Notes: generated by a model from the letters alone, not told the origin. A DNA stretch of 64,000 nt from Spirochaetaceae bacterium (GCA_051531975.1 JAOPTT010000005.1:256001-320000); one strand, 5' to 3'. Positions 39,168-49,410 are shown, numbered from the stretch's first letter. Program-made: numbers and translations.

Positions 39168-40112
39168 TTATATATAACCTAAACTCTTCAGTATAAAAAT
39201 TCCACCACCAATAGTAAAAATTGATCCTAAAGTTGTAATTAAAATTATATTGGCAGCTAATTCACTGTTACTACCCATGGCTTCTGCCATAACATAACTG
39301 GATACTGCTGTTGGTGCCCCTAAGATAATAAATATAGCGCCTAAAGATACTCCTCTAAACCCTGCAACTATTAATATTAATGCAGCAAGTGCTGGATATA
39401 TAATTATTTTAATTACTGAAGCTGAAATAGCTATAGATATGTCTTTCTTAAATGAGTGAAAACTTAATGAACCACCGACGCCTAATAAAGCTAAAGGAAG
39501 TGTCATTCTAGCAATATAATTTAAGTATTTATTAACAATTATTCCGGTTTCTATATTAAAAATTGAGAAGGGAAGTGCTACTAATGCAGCAATTATTAGA
39601 GGGTTTGTAATAATAGCTTTTAGTATCAACAGTCCGGAGCCTTTTCTACCATTTTCTAGGGATATAGTTAAAACTAAAACAGCGTATATATTATACAATG
39701 GGAATGTAAAAAGCATTAAAATAGAGCTTTTAGTAAGACCAACCTCACCAAATAAGTTGTAAATTATCGCTAAACCAATAATTGCTATATTACTTCTAAA
39801 AGCACCTTGAATAAATACTCCTCTAGAAGCACCATCTTTAATAATGAATCCAGAAACTATAAATAGTATCAAAACTGTTACAGACACAATAATAATAATA
39901 AACATGATCTCTTTAGGGTTTATGGCCTGGGTAAAGTTTGATTTACTTATATTTAAGAATATTAAAACAGGTAGAGCTACTTTAAAAACTAGTTTGGAGG
40001 CTTTTGATATAAAATCAGCATCAATTAATTTTACCTTTTTAAGTACAACACCAGTTACAATTAAAAGAAACACTGGTAGTACGGCGTTTAGTGAGTATAT
40101 AAGATTGTTCAT
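39168..40112 (-). CDS. AEC (auxin efflux carrier) family transporter
   Basis: VFKVALPVLIF, AFRSNIAIIGL, NPLIIA, PLALLGVG, PTAVSSYVMA. Confidence 0.9.
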   Translation of the reverse strand: MNNLIYSLNAVLPVFLLIVTGVVLKKVKLIDADFISKASKLVFKVALPVLIFLNISKSNFTQAINPKEIMFIIIIVSVTVLILFIVSGFIIKDGASRGVFIQGAFRSNIAIIGLAIIYNLFGEVGLTKSSILMLFTFPLYNIYAVLVLTISLENGRKGSGLLILKAIITNPLIIAALVALPFSIFNIETGIIVNKYLNYIARMTLPLALLGVGGSLSFHSFKKDISIAISASVIKIIIYPALAALILIVAGFRGVSLGAIFIILGAPTAVSSYVMAEAMGSNSELAANIILITTLGSIFTIGGGIFILKSLGYI

Positions 40113-40151
40113 ATTTCTAATTATATATATTAATTATAAATATAAAACACC

Positions 40152-41609
40152 CTAATTATCTTGTATCGCTTTATCACCACGTCTTTTAATATTTAATATT
40201 GTTGTATCAAGGTCTTGAAGTGTAAGAAAGTATTTTTCAACTTCTTCTTTAATTATTAATTCATAAGCTAAACTGTTTGGTCCTGTTACTTTCTCAGTTA
40301 TAATATCTATATCAGGATTTGCTAATACAGATTTAATAACATCGGCTGGTAAACCTTCTACTTGTAAATCAAAACCTATTCCGGAGTAGATATCATGAGA
40401 GTTAGCTAATTGGTAAGCTTCAGGAGTAGATTCTGCATAAATAGTTGCAAATCTGACTAATTCAATAGCAATTTCTAATGCTAATTTTGGGTTTCTAGAA
40501 GTCCTTGAAATACCAAAACCGTTTACAATACCCCAAGAAGAGGCCGTTTTAGCACCAGCGGGTACTGGAAGAGGGGCTACCCCTATATTCCACTCCCTAG
40601 GGTAAATGTCTTCTTTACCATATTTAGCCTGAAGTCTAGCAAAATCCAAGTACTCATTACCAGCAATCAGCATTCCGTATTGTCCATTCATAAATTCAGG
40701 AGCAACAGTATGAGGTATTGTAAGATCGACATAGGGCGGGATTGAGTTATCAGCATGTAACATTCTAAAAGTTCTCTCTAATGCTTTTGAAAAAGCAGGG
40801 TCTTCGATATTAGATAGTCCCTGTTTATTATAGAACATTTCTCCACCACCTAGCTCCTGAATAGCTTCACCATACCAGTAGATTGGCCATGTTTTGTGAA
40901 GTGCACCATAGAATTTTACGGGATCTTCAGTGAGATCTTCTATGGGATCTTCTATAGGATCTTCTATAGGATCTTCTATAGGATCTTCTATAGGATCTTC
41001 TATGAGTTCATCTATAGGTTCTTCTATGGTAGTTAAAGCCGCAGCAATTTTTGTATATTCATCCCATGTCATTGGTTTTTTAACATCAGGATAAGTTATT
41101 CCAGCACTGTCGAAGATCGCCTTATTATAATATAAAACCCATCGAGTTATTTCGTGGGGTACAGAAAAATATTGATTATTGTATTTTGCTTTTAAATGAA
41201 AGTTACCAAAAGTGGCTTTATAATCTATACCTAATTCATCTATATACTGATCTAATGCAATTAAGATTCCAGCTTTTGCCCATGTCCCTTGGATAATCGG
41301 GTTAGTTATAGCAACTATGTCTATCTGTTCACCACTAGCAATACTAATAGGAAGGTTTGTATTAAACTCTTCAACCGAAGGTAAAATATCGAAGTCTACA
41401 TAACTAAATTTCTCCAACTTAATAAGTTCGTTTAAAGCTTTTTCTAATTTAAGCACCTCTTGCATTTTATCTAATGCAATTACTATTTTAACCCTTTTTT
41501 CAGGAACAGGGGTTGGTTCCCCATTGTTACTACTAAAAGCAGTTGCAACGAAAAAAAACATTAAAGCAAATAAAAATGTTACTCTTTTCATAATAAATTT
41601 ATTCTCCAT
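40152..41609 (-). CDS. Carbohydrate ABC solute-binding protein with acidic tandem-repeat insertion, orphan
   Basis: Signal peptide; LYYNKAIFDSAGITYPD...TWDE; internal (PIED)n tract. Confidence 0.85.
   Translation of the reverse strand: MENKFIMKRVTFLFALMFFFVATAFSSNNGEPTPVPEKRVKIVIALDKMQEVLKLEKALNELIKLEKFSYVDFDILPSVEEFNTNLPISIASGEQIDIVAITNPIIQGTWAKAGILIALDQYIDELGIDYKATFGNFHLKAKYNNQYFSVPHEITRWVLYYNKAIFDSAGITYPDVKKPMTWDEYTKIAAALTTIEEPIDELIEDPIEDPIEDPIEDPIEDPIEDLTEDPVKFYGALHKTWPIYWYGEAIQELGGGEMFYNKQGLSNIEDPAFSKALERTFRMLHADNSIPPYVDLTIPHTVAPEFMNGQYGMLIAGNEYLDFARLQAKYGKEDIYPREWNIGVAPLPVPAGAKTASSWGIVNGFGISRTSRNPKLALEIAIELVRFATIYAESTPEAYQLANSHDIYSGIGFDLQVEGLPADVIKSVLANPDIDIITEKVTGPNSLAYELIIKEEVEKYFLTLQDLDTTILNIKRRGDKAIQDN
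40921..41028. repeat. In-frame 12-bp tandem repeat, 9 units (GGATCTTCTATA consensus)
   Basis: Four identical units at 40945-40992 flanked by degenerate units; encodes IEEP-IDEL-(IEDP)n-IEDL-TEDP. Confidence 0.95.
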
Positions 41610-41672
41610 TTTTACATCAAATATCCTGTATACCTAATGCTAGCATATATTCCCCAGAAGGGTATTAACATT

Positions 41673-42116
41673 TTATAACTTTTTGATAACTTCTATGGTA
41701 TCTCCAGGGTTAACTTTTCCTCCAGATATTACCTTAGTAAAGATTCCTTCCCTAGGCATTACACAATCTCCAACTTGATGATAAATTGCACAGTGCTTGT
41801 GGCATTCTTTTCCTATTTGAGTAATTTCTTGAACAGTTTCTCCAATTCTCAGATGTGTACCTACTGGAAGTTCATACAAAATTATACCTTCAGTTGTTAA
41901 GTTTTCTGCAAATCTACCTGTGCAGAGACCTGTTACTCCCTGTTTTCTAATTTTTTCAATGCTCTCATCACCTAAAAGACTTACTTGTCTATGCCATTTA
42001 CCTGCATGGGCATCTCCTTCTATCCCAAAATCCTCTATAAAATTAGCAGATTCGATAGCTTGTTTTGGAACTCCCTTTTTTTCACTTATATTTATTGCAA
42101 TAATTCTACCTGACAT
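41673..42116 (-). CDS. MOSC domain protein
   Basis: GIEGDAHAGKWHRQVSLL, FAENLTT, TQIGKECH...C...DCVMPREGIF; start at ATG 42116 after GAGGAG. Confidence 0.9.
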   Translation of the reverse strand: MSGRIIAINISEKKGVPKQAIESANFIEDFGIEGDAHAGKWHRQVSLLGDESIEKIRKQGVTGLCTGRFAENLTTEGIILYELPVGTHLRIGETVQEITQIGKECHKHCAIYHQVGDCVMPREGIFTKVISGGKVNPGDTIEVIKKL

Positions 42117-42117
42117 T

Positions 42118-42597
42118 TTACTCTCCTCGTTTGTAATGGCCTGACTTTCCACCAATTTTCTCTAATAATTTTATATCGCTAATTAACATCTCTTTATCAA
42201 TTGCTTTGCACATGTCATAAATTGTAAGGGCCGCAACAGATACAGCAGTTAAGGCTTCCATTTCAACTCCAGTTTTTCCAACAGTTTTGACTATAGCTTC
42301 AATTTCTATAAAACACTCTTCTTGTTTAATATTAAAGTTCAGATCTACACCATGTAGATTCAGGTTATGACACATAGGAATCAGATCACTTGTTTTTTTT
42401 GCTCCCATAATTCCAGCAATTTGAGCTACAGAAATTACATCTCCCTTTTTCATATCCATTGTTTCTATTTTATTCATTGTATTTTTACTAACAAATATTT
42501 TTCCAACAGCAGTTGCAACTCTAAGTGTTTCATTTTTATCTGCTACATCAACCATATGGCCTTTGCCCTGGTTATTAAAATGTGTAAAGTCGTGCAT
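42118..42597 (-). CDS. moaC: Cyclic pyranopterin monophosphate synthase MoaC
   Basis: HMVDV, KKGDV, LIPMCH, TGVEMEALT, YDMCKA, GGKSG. Confidence 0.96.
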   Translation of the reverse strand: MHDFTHFNNQGKGHMVDVADKNETLRVATAVGKIFVSKNTMNKIETMDMKKGDVISVAQIAGIMGAKKTSDLIPMCHNLNLHGVDLNFNIKQEECFIEIEAIVKTVGKTGVEMEALTAVSVAALTIYDMCKAIDKEMLISDIKLLEKIGGKSGHYKRGE

Positions 42598-43560
42598 TTA
42601 TCCTCCAATCTTATTCATGTTTCTAGTTATAGGTTTATAATTTTCTTCTAAAATATTATGTTCCTTAGGTTTATTTAAAATACACTCACTAAAAAAGTTC
42701 TTTAACTTATTCTCATCTGATAAATAGGGGAATATATTATACTCTGTATCTGTGTGTAGACACGGCTTAATATTTCCATCAGATGTTAATCTAAGTCTAT
42801 TACAACTACTACAAAATTTCCCAGAAAGTGTATCAATCAGACCAATTGATATATCTAAATCTTTGTTATAATATTTTTTTACTCTTTTTGCTTTGGAATC
42901 TTTATCCTTAGATAGGGAAGTGTGGGATTCTAGTAATTTCTGACCATTTATAAAATTATCTTTTGCCCAACTACTTACTTCACCAATAGGCATTAACTCT
43001 ATTAAGCGCCAACTAATACTGTTCTTAGAAGCAAACAACATAAAATCATCTATTTCTGAATCGTTAAAACCACCTATAAGTACAGTATTAATCTTAATTA
43101 CAGGGAATTTATTTTTTAAGGCAGCTTTTATACCATCTAATACCTTGTTTAAGTCTCCACCTCGGGTCATTTCTCTATATTTATTTGCATCTAAACTATC
43201 TAAACTAATATTTAATCTACTTAAACCAGCTTCTTTTAGATCTTTGGCATATTTTGATAATAGAACTGCATTTGTAGTCATTCCAATATCTTCTATACCA
43301 TCTATCTTACTAATACCAGATATAAGCTTTATTATCCCTTTTTTTATTAGCGGTTCCCCACCAGTTATTCTAATTTTTTTAATACCAAGGGTTGCTGCTA
43401 CTTTAACAATTTCTATTATCTCTTCTAATCTTAATATCTGTTTATGTTCTAACTTATTTACACCATCTACCGGCATACAGTATTTACACCTCTGATTACA
43501 AAGGTCGGTAACTGAGATTCTTAGATAATCTATAACTCTTCCATGGTTATCTATATTCAT
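42598..43560 (-). CDS. moaA: GTP 3',8-cyclase MoaA
   Basis: YLRISVTDLCNQRCKYCMP, FCSSCNRLRLT...KPCL, C-terminal IGG. Confidence 0.96.
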   Translation of the reverse strand: MNIDNHGRVIDYLRISVTDLCNQRCKYCMPVDGVNKLEHKQILRLEEIIEIVKVAATLGIKKIRITGGEPLIKKGIIKLISGISKIDGIEDIGMTTNAVLLSKYAKDLKEAGLSRLNISLDSLDANKYREMTRGGDLNKVLDGIKAALKNKFPVIKINTVLIGGFNDSEIDDFMLFASKNSISWRLIELMPIGEVSSWAKDNFINGQKLLESHTSLSKDKDSKAKRVKKYYNKDLDISIGLIDTLSGKFCSSCNRLRLTSDGNIKPCLHTDTEYNIFPYLSDENKLKNFFSECILNKPKEHNILEENYKPITRNMNKIGG

Positions 43561-45440
43561 ATCTTAATTATACTTCCGGAATTTGTCGTATCGTAACCAC
43601 CAATGGATTTTAGTGTATCTTTAAAATAGTTAGATTTTAAAATATCTATTAGTTTCGTAATCAGAGGCGAGGTTAGTACACATTCTTCTAATAAAAAGTC
43701 GTAATCTTCATAGGTTATCTCTACAAATCCAAGTCCCATTGATTCTGCAGCAGCTTTAATACCTAAACCTACATCAGCTGTTCCAGATTGTACTGCTATT
43801 GCAACTGCCATGTGGGTAGGCATCATTCTCTCATAACCAATTATTTTTTCTGAGTCTATATTTTTTGATTTTAGATGAAAATCTAATAGTAGCCGGGTTC
43901 CAGCACCTCTTTGACGGTTTACATAACGTATATTATGTTTAATAAGATCAGAAAATGTTTTTATATTTTTAGGATTCCCCGGTTGTACAATAAATCCCTG
44001 AGATCTTTTTACACCTTTTATTAGAACCATTTTTTTCTCTTTAAAGTACTTTTTAACATAGGAAATATTATATTCCCCAGACTCTGAATCTAGTAGATGA
44101 ATTGGAGCTATGTGACACTCTTTTTGCCTTAGAGCCATAATTCCTCCAATACTTCCTACATGTGAGGAAGCTAAAGGCATTTTATCTCGTAATATATCCA
44201 TAACTATATCGTGACTACCAATACTAACTAGAGTATTTGTAATTTCTGACAGTGGTTTTAACAGTTCAACTTCTATATTTTCTCCAGCCTCTAAACCTTC
44301 TATATTTTTTGGAATGGTTATTATTCCATCAGCTTTAACTAGGCTCATTGTAGTTCCAGCACCACGACTTAAAGGAACAGCCACATATTTATTTCCTATA
44401 TAACCGATAGTAACTCTAAGCTTTTCTTGGTGTTTAAAAGATGAAACCACTCTTTTTGATAAAGTTACTTGAATTTTTTTTGATACATCGGTTTTTAGAC
44501 CACTATAACTTAGTAAAAGAGGTTTTACGAAATTTTCATATGATATGTAAGCTGAAACTGGATATCCAGGGATTCCTATAATCGGTTTATTGTTTATTAT
44601 TCCTAAAATAGTAGGTTTCCCAGGTTTTATTGCGATACCATGAATTATAACTTCACCTAACTCTTTTATTAGTGTTGCTGTGAAATCCTTGGTTCCAGCA
44701 GAGGACCCAGCATTAACGATCATTATATCATTTTCATCTACACCCTTTATTATTGCCTCTTTTAAGCTATCAAAATTATCCTCTGTTGGTCTGTATCTGT
44801 TAGGGTTTCCTCCATTTTCAGTTATTAACCCTTGGAACATTGCAGAGTTAGAATCTATTATTTTTCCCACAGCAATGTCATCTTGATTATTTATTATCTC
44901 GGTTCCTGTTGGTAGAATACCTACTGATATTTGTCTAAATACCTCTACTTCCTTAACTCCACCAGAAAGAAGTGCACCTAAATCTATACCTCTTATTTTA
45001 TGGTTAGATGGTAAAATCATCTCGTTTGCAACAATATCTTCACCAATTGGTCTGATATGTTGCCAGGGGTGGGCAGCTGTAATTATACTTATTTCTCCAT
45101 CTTCTAAACTTGTTACATCTTCAATCATTATAACAGCATCGTAGGGTTGGTTTATTACATTTCCTGTATTTACATATATAAAGTCTATAGTCTCTTTTAA
45201 TTTAACTGGGTTAATTTCAGAGGCACCATTTGTTCTTTTACATATAACAGCAATTCCATCCATAGCACTCGCATTATAATAGGGTGATGAAAAGTTTGCA
45301 TATATAGGGCCTCTTGTAACCCTTCCTAAGGCACTGTTTACAGAGATATATTCAAACCTCGGTTTATAATTTAATGCTAAGTTATAAGTCTTTTTTGCAA
45401 CATCTAAATCTATGTTGTCAATATATATATTTCTATCCAA
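43557..45440 (-). CDS. MoeA fused to a C-terminal PBP/LysR-substrate-like domain
   Basis: SAMDGIAV, AGSSAGTKD, IKPGKP, GIPGYPVS; C-domain GSHD, VNRQRGAGTR, THMAVA. Confidence 0.92.
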   Translation of the reverse strand: MDRNIYIDNIDLDVAKKTYNLALNYKPRFEYISVNSALGRVTRGPIYANFSSPYYNASAMDGIAVICKRTNGASEINPVKLKETIDFIYVNTGNVINQPYDAVIMIEDVTSLEDGEISIITAAHPWQHIRPIGEDIVANEMILPSNHKIRGIDLGALLSGGVKEVEVFRQISVGILPTGTEIINNQDDIAVGKIIDSNSAMFQGLITENGGNPNRYRPTEDNFDSLKEAIIKGVDENDIMIVNAGSSAGTKDFTATLIKELGEVIIHGIAIKPGKPTILGIINNKPIIGIPGYPVSAYISYENFVKPLLLSYSGLKTDVSKKIQVTLSKRVVSSFKHQEKLRVTIGYIGNKYVAVPLSRGAGTTMSLVKADGIITIPKNIEGLEAGENIEVELLKPLSEITNTLVSIGSHDIVMDILRDKMPLASSHVGSIGGIMALRQKECHIAPIHLLDSESGEYNISYVKKYFKEKKMVLIKGVKRSQGFIVQPGNPKNIKTFSDLIKHNIRYVNRQRGAGTRLLLDFHLKSKNIDSEKIIGYERMMPTHMAVAIAVQSGTADVGLGIKAAAESMGLGFVEITYEDYDFLLEECVLTSPLITKLIDILKSNYFKDTLKSIGGYDTTNSGSIIKI

Positions 45441-46662
45441 GGAAGTACCCCTTAACTATCTCTCCTGAGTTTAGCCCCTCTTTAAAGTCGTCTATAATGA
45501 TATAACCAGTTGCACTAGCAAGTAGGGATATCATTCCAGATTTTCCATATTTTGGTACTACTTTGTACCCAGTTTCATCCTCTTTTAGTGTTATTAACTG
45601 ATAAGTTGTTTTTCCTGGTGATGAATGAATATTTTGTGTCAAAGTACCAATAAAATCTATTTTTTTATCTGGTTGATGTAGAAGTCTTCTCATATAGATA
45701 TCAATAAAAGCTTTATATACTATAATTGATGAAACAGGATGGCCAGGTAGACCTATTATTAACTTACCTTTTCCTTTTCCAATAATAGTTGGTTTTCCAG
45801 GTTTTATGGAAATTCCTTGAACATCAATTTTACTATTTTCTAAGCTGTTTATTACATCATAAGTATAATCTCTTGTTCCAACTGAACTACCTCCTGAAAG
45901 TAAAACTATGTCTGAGTCATCTGCTGCTCTATTTACAGCATTAAAAAGGGAATCATAATCATCTGGAATTATCTGTTTATTTATTACTAAACCGCCACTT
46001 TCTGTAACTAAATTTTCTAATACATAACTATTTATATCGTATATCTGACCAAGACTAATGACCTGGTCTATATCAATAATTTCATCCCCTGTTGAAAATA
46101 TTGAAACCGTAATTTTTTTAAATACAGATACTTCAGTTATACCTAGAGCTGAAAGTACTCCAATATCCAGGGCTGTAATCTTTTTAAATTTAGGTAGGGC
46201 TGTTGTATTGTTTTTTATATCATCACCTTTGTAGATTATATTATCTCCAATAGCAATCGATTTTTTTAAGCAGACAGTGTTATCATCAAGTAGTTCTGTA
46301 TCCTCTATCATTATTACACCATCTGCAGAATCTGGCAGCATACCCCCAGTTGGTATATACATCGTTTCAGATTTTTTTATATCATAATTAACTTCTTTAC
46401 CCATCTCTATTGTTCCAACTAGGTCAATAATCCCTGGGATCGAATCTGTGGCCCCATGACTTTCTGAACTGACTATTGCATAACCATCTACTGTAGATCG
46501 ATTAAATGATGGAACATCTGCACCCGACAGTACGCTTTCTGATAGTATTCTGCCTAAAGTAAATTTTGTAGCTATTTTTTCAGAACCTAAAGAGTATTCT
46601 ACAGCTAAGTTACTTAATATATCTAAAACTTCAGTTTGACTTTTAACGTTAAAAAACTTCAT
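45433..46662 (-). CDS. moeA: Molybdopterin molybdo/tungstotransferase MoeA
   Basis: RSTVDGYA, PTGGMLP, STGDE, SGGSSVG, KPGKP, GLPGHPVS. Confidence 0.93.
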   Translation of the reverse strand: MKFFNVKSQTEVLDILSNLAVEYSLGSEKIATKFTLGRILSESVLSGADVPSFNRSTVDGYAIVSSESHGATDSIPGIIDLVGTIEMGKEVNYDIKKSETMYIPTGGMLPDSADGVIMIEDTELLDDNTVCLKKSIAIGDNIIYKGDDIKNNTTALPKFKKITALDIGVLSALGITEVSVFKKITVSIFSTGDEIIDIDQVISLGQIYDINSYVLENLVTESGGLVINKQIIPDDYDSLFNAVNRAADDSDIVLLSGGSSVGTRDYTYDVINSLENSKIDVQGISIKPGKPTIIGKGKGKLIIGLPGHPVSSIIVYKAFIDIYMRRLLHQPDKKIDFIGTLTQNIHSSPGKTTYQLITLKEDETGYKVVPKYGKSGMISLLASATGYIIIDDFKEGLNSGEIVKGYFLG

Positions 46663-46682
46663 GTTTACCCCTTATACCAACA

Positions 46683-47288
46683 TTATAGATATACTATTTT
46701 ATCTGTTAGTAATTTTGCTTGTTTTAAGTCGTGGGTGACAAAAACTACTGTTTTACCACCTTGTGCATACTCAATAATTGTTTTTTCTATCACTTTTTTA
46801 GATTCATAATCTATGTTTGATGTTGATTCATCTAGCATTAATAATTCTGGTTCAAAAACTAAAGCTCTAGCGAGGGCGCATTTTTGACTCTCACCACTAG
46901 ATAGTTTTGTACCTTTTTTATCAGATAAATTAGTTATTTCAAGCTTGGACATAATTGAATTAACTTTATTAATAATATCACTACCCTGGAAACCTCTTAC
47001 TTTTAGTGGATAGGCTATATTTTCATATACAGATCTATTAAGAATATAAGGTTTCTGTGTTACTAGTGTTATTTTATTCGCTATGTTTTTTGAATACATT
47101 TTATGGTTATAAGTTATGCATCCACTTTGGTAATCTAAGTGGCCAGAGAGAATATCTAATAGTGTTGTTTTTCCACAACCATTAGGGCCTAAAATACATG
47201 TTAAGCCAGTATTTAGCGTTAATTTATCTAAGTCTAAGACTTTTTGTTTACCATACATTTTAATAAGACCAGATATACTAATATTCAT
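46683..47288 (-). CDS. tupC: Tungstate ABC transporter ATPase
   Basis: GPNGCGKT, LSSGESQK, LDE, VTHD; context with tupAB. Confidence 0.82.
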   Translation of the reverse strand: MNISISGLIKMYGKQKVLDLDKLTLNTGLTCILGPNGCGKTTLLDILSGHLDYQSGCITYNHKMYSKNIANKITLVTQKPYILNRSVYENIAYPLKVRGFQGSDIINKVNSIMSKLEITNLSDKKGTKLSSGESQKCALARALVFEPELLMLDESTSNIDYESKKVIEKTIIEYAQGGKTVVFVTHDLKQAKLLTDKIVYL

Positions 47289-47964
47289 ATTGGCTCCTTA
47301 ATATAATGTTTATAACCAAAGAAATTATTAAAAGTATCAGACCTAATGCAATTGCGATTTCATAATCACCCATAGAATTAAACATGACAATAGAAGTGGT
47401 TATTACTCTTGTATGTCCCTTTATATTTCCACCAACGATCATAACTGCTCCAACTTCAGATATCGCCCTAGAAAATGAAGTTAATATAGCCATCATTATT
47501 TCTACCTTAAGTTCTTTAGCTACTAAAATAATCAAATGTAGTTTTCTAGCACCTAATAAGCGGCCTGTATTTTCTATTACTTTCCCACGTTTTTTTACAA
47601 TCGTGAAGATTAAACCAGTCATAAGTGGACTAACTAATACATATTGGGCAATCACCATTGCTGTTGGAGTATACATTAATTCTAACCAACCTAATGGTCC
47701 TCGCCTTGATAGAAGTAGTGCTACTAATAGACCAACTAAAACAGATGGTATACTCATAAAAGTATAAAGAAGTCGGGTATATATTTTTTTTAATTTGAAA
47801 TCTTTAAGTCCAAGATATATTGCTGTAGGTATTGTTGTTATAGCTGACAATAGGGTAGCTGAAACAGAGATAATAATAGATAGAGCTATAATTTTATATA
47901 ACTCTAAGTCTAAAGATAATATTAATTTAAAGGCTTTTGAAATGCCATTTATTATATAATCCAA
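47278..47964 (-). CDS. tupB: Tungstate ABC transporter permease
   Basis: LLSRRGPLG, TPTAMVIAQ, RAISEVGAVMIVGGNIKGHTRVITT. Confidence 0.9.
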   Translation of the reverse strand: MDYIINGISKAFKLILSLDLELYKIIALSIIISVSATLLSAITTIPTAIYLGLKDFKLKKIYTRLLYTFMSIPSVLVGLLVALLLSRRGPLGWLELMYTPTAMVIAQYVLVSPLMTGLIFTIVKKRGKVIENTGRLLGARKLHLIILVAKELKVEIMMAILTSFSRAISEVGAVMIVGGNIKGHTRVITTSIVMFNSMGDYEIAIALGLILLIISLVINIILRSQYEY

Positions 47965-47988
47965 TCTGATATAGTCCTATATTAAGTT

Positions 47989-48810
47989 TTACTTTGCATT
48001 TGGAATAAATAGAGGAATTCCAAACTTTTTAACACCATATGTTCCAATAGTTGCCTGAGTTTCATCTGATAATAACCATGTAACAAATAATTCAGCTCCA
48101 TTTTTATTAATTAATTTATTTAGTTTTGGATTAACTGGAATAACACCGTATTGGTTAAATAGTTGATCATCCTTTTCTAATAAAATGTATAATTCTAACT
48201 TATCCATCATATTCAGATATGTTGCTCTATCAGTCATGGTGTAAGCTTCCATCTCGTTAGCCATTATTAGAACATCACCCATTCCTTTTCCAGCAGAAAT
48301 ATAAGTTTTACCCTTTGGTGTTATTTTTGCTTTTTTCCATAAAGATATCTCTTTTTTATTAGTACCAGAGTCATCACCTCTAGATACAAATTTAGATTTA
48401 GAATTGTATATTGATTTAAGACCAAGAATTACATTGTTTGCCGCAATTTTATTTATTTTAGATGGATCGGATTTTGGACCAACAATAACAAAGTCATTAT
48501 ACATAACATCGTATCTTTTAGTTCCATAACCATCTTTTACAAATTTAACTTCTGAAGCTTTTGCATGTACTAAAAGAACATCAACTTCTGCATCTTTACC
48601 CATTTGTAAAGCTTTACCAGTTCCAACAGCTATTACTTTTACTCCAATCCCAGTTTTTTTTGAAAAATCATCTAAAATGTAGTCTAATAATCCACTATCC
48701 CTAGTACTTGTTGTTGTTGCGAGTAGTAGTGTTTTCTTTTTTTCAGCAAACATACTAACAGATAACATTAATAATGTAATAATTAATATTTTTGGTAATA
48801 AATTGTGCAC
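47989..48810 (-). CDS. tupA: Tungstate-binding protein TupA
   Basis: TupA signature ATTTSTRDSGLL, VGTGKAL, SRGDDSGT, DRATY; start GTG 48810 after GGAGAG. Confidence 0.9.
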   Translation of the reverse strand: MHNLLPKILIITLLMLSVSMFAEKKKTLLLATTTSTRDSGLLDYILDDFSKKTGIGVKVIAVGTGKALQMGKDAEVDVLLVHAKASEVKFVKDGYGTKRYDVMYNDFVIVGPKSDPSKINKIAANNVILGLKSIYNSKSKFVSRGDDSGTNKKEISLWKKAKITPKGKTYISAGKGMGDVLIMANEMEAYTMTDRATYLNMMDKLELYILLEKDDQLFNQYGVIPVNPKLNKLINKNGAELFVTWLLSDETQATIGTYGVKKFGIPLFIPNAK

Positions 48811-48876
48811 AGCTCTCTCCACTAAAATATAGGTATTCACCGTGTTTGATAGTTATGTTTATAAGACTATAAACAT

Positions 48877-48905
48877 AAAAAAAGCTCTTCCTTTAAGGGG
48901 AGAGC
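48877..48905 (-). terminator. Intrinsic terminator in the tupA leader (putative expression platform)
   Basis: Minus strand GCTCTCCCC-TTAA-AGGAAGAGC-TTTTTTT. Confidence 0.75.
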
Positions 48906-48966
48906 ACACTTCACTAATTAATTGTTATAATTAATTAGAAAACCCCTAGAGTAATAGGGTAAAGCG

Positions 48967-49062
48967 ACCTTCTTTCCAAACACGGGAGGCACAACCATTT
49001 CTAGTTTTACCCATCGGTTAAAATAACATAGCTTAAACCTTAGTTATTAAAACTCGAAGAAT
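48967..49062 (-). ncRNA. Moco RNA motif riboswitch candidate lacking P3 (Tuco-type)
   Basis: Minus strand CUUCGAG...ACUAAG...UAUGU...AACCGAUGGG...GAAAU...GCCUCCCGUGUUUGGAAAGAAG matches Moco motif hallmarks; directly upstream of the tup/moe/moa operon. Confidence 0.85.
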
Positions 49063-49257
49063 CTATATTAAATATTTTAATAATAAATCATTGTTTATTG
49101 TTGACAATTTTAACATGAGTTTAACTTTTGTACAAGGATTATTATTTAAAAAGATCTTAATAGGGCAGACACAACTTTCTGTTAGAATTATTTTGTTTGA
49201 TGATGTTATGAAATCTTCTAGGTACTTCGATCATTAATTCCTAGGAGGGAAGAGGGT

Positions 49258-49369
49258 AAAAAAAAAGGACCATGCAACGTAACACGAGCAACTGGTCCTT
49301 CAGAGTAAAATATGAAAAAGTTTATTTAAAAACTGTAATGAATATAATGCTAAAACTAAAACATGACAA
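49258..49369 (-). ncRNA. Candidate small RNA (about 75 nt) with its own promoter and terminator
   Basis: TTGTCA-17-TATATT (49369-49341); terminator AAGGACCA...TGGTCC followed by a 9-T run ending at 49258. Confidence 0.45.
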
Positions 49370-49410
49370 CCCTTAAAGTACGTTTTATGTTTATTTTACC
49401 ATAATTATTG

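Noticed and set aside
40921..41028. Repeat tract considered as a CRISPR array
   Set aside because: Contiguous 12-bp units with no spacers, in frame within a CDS, no cas genes
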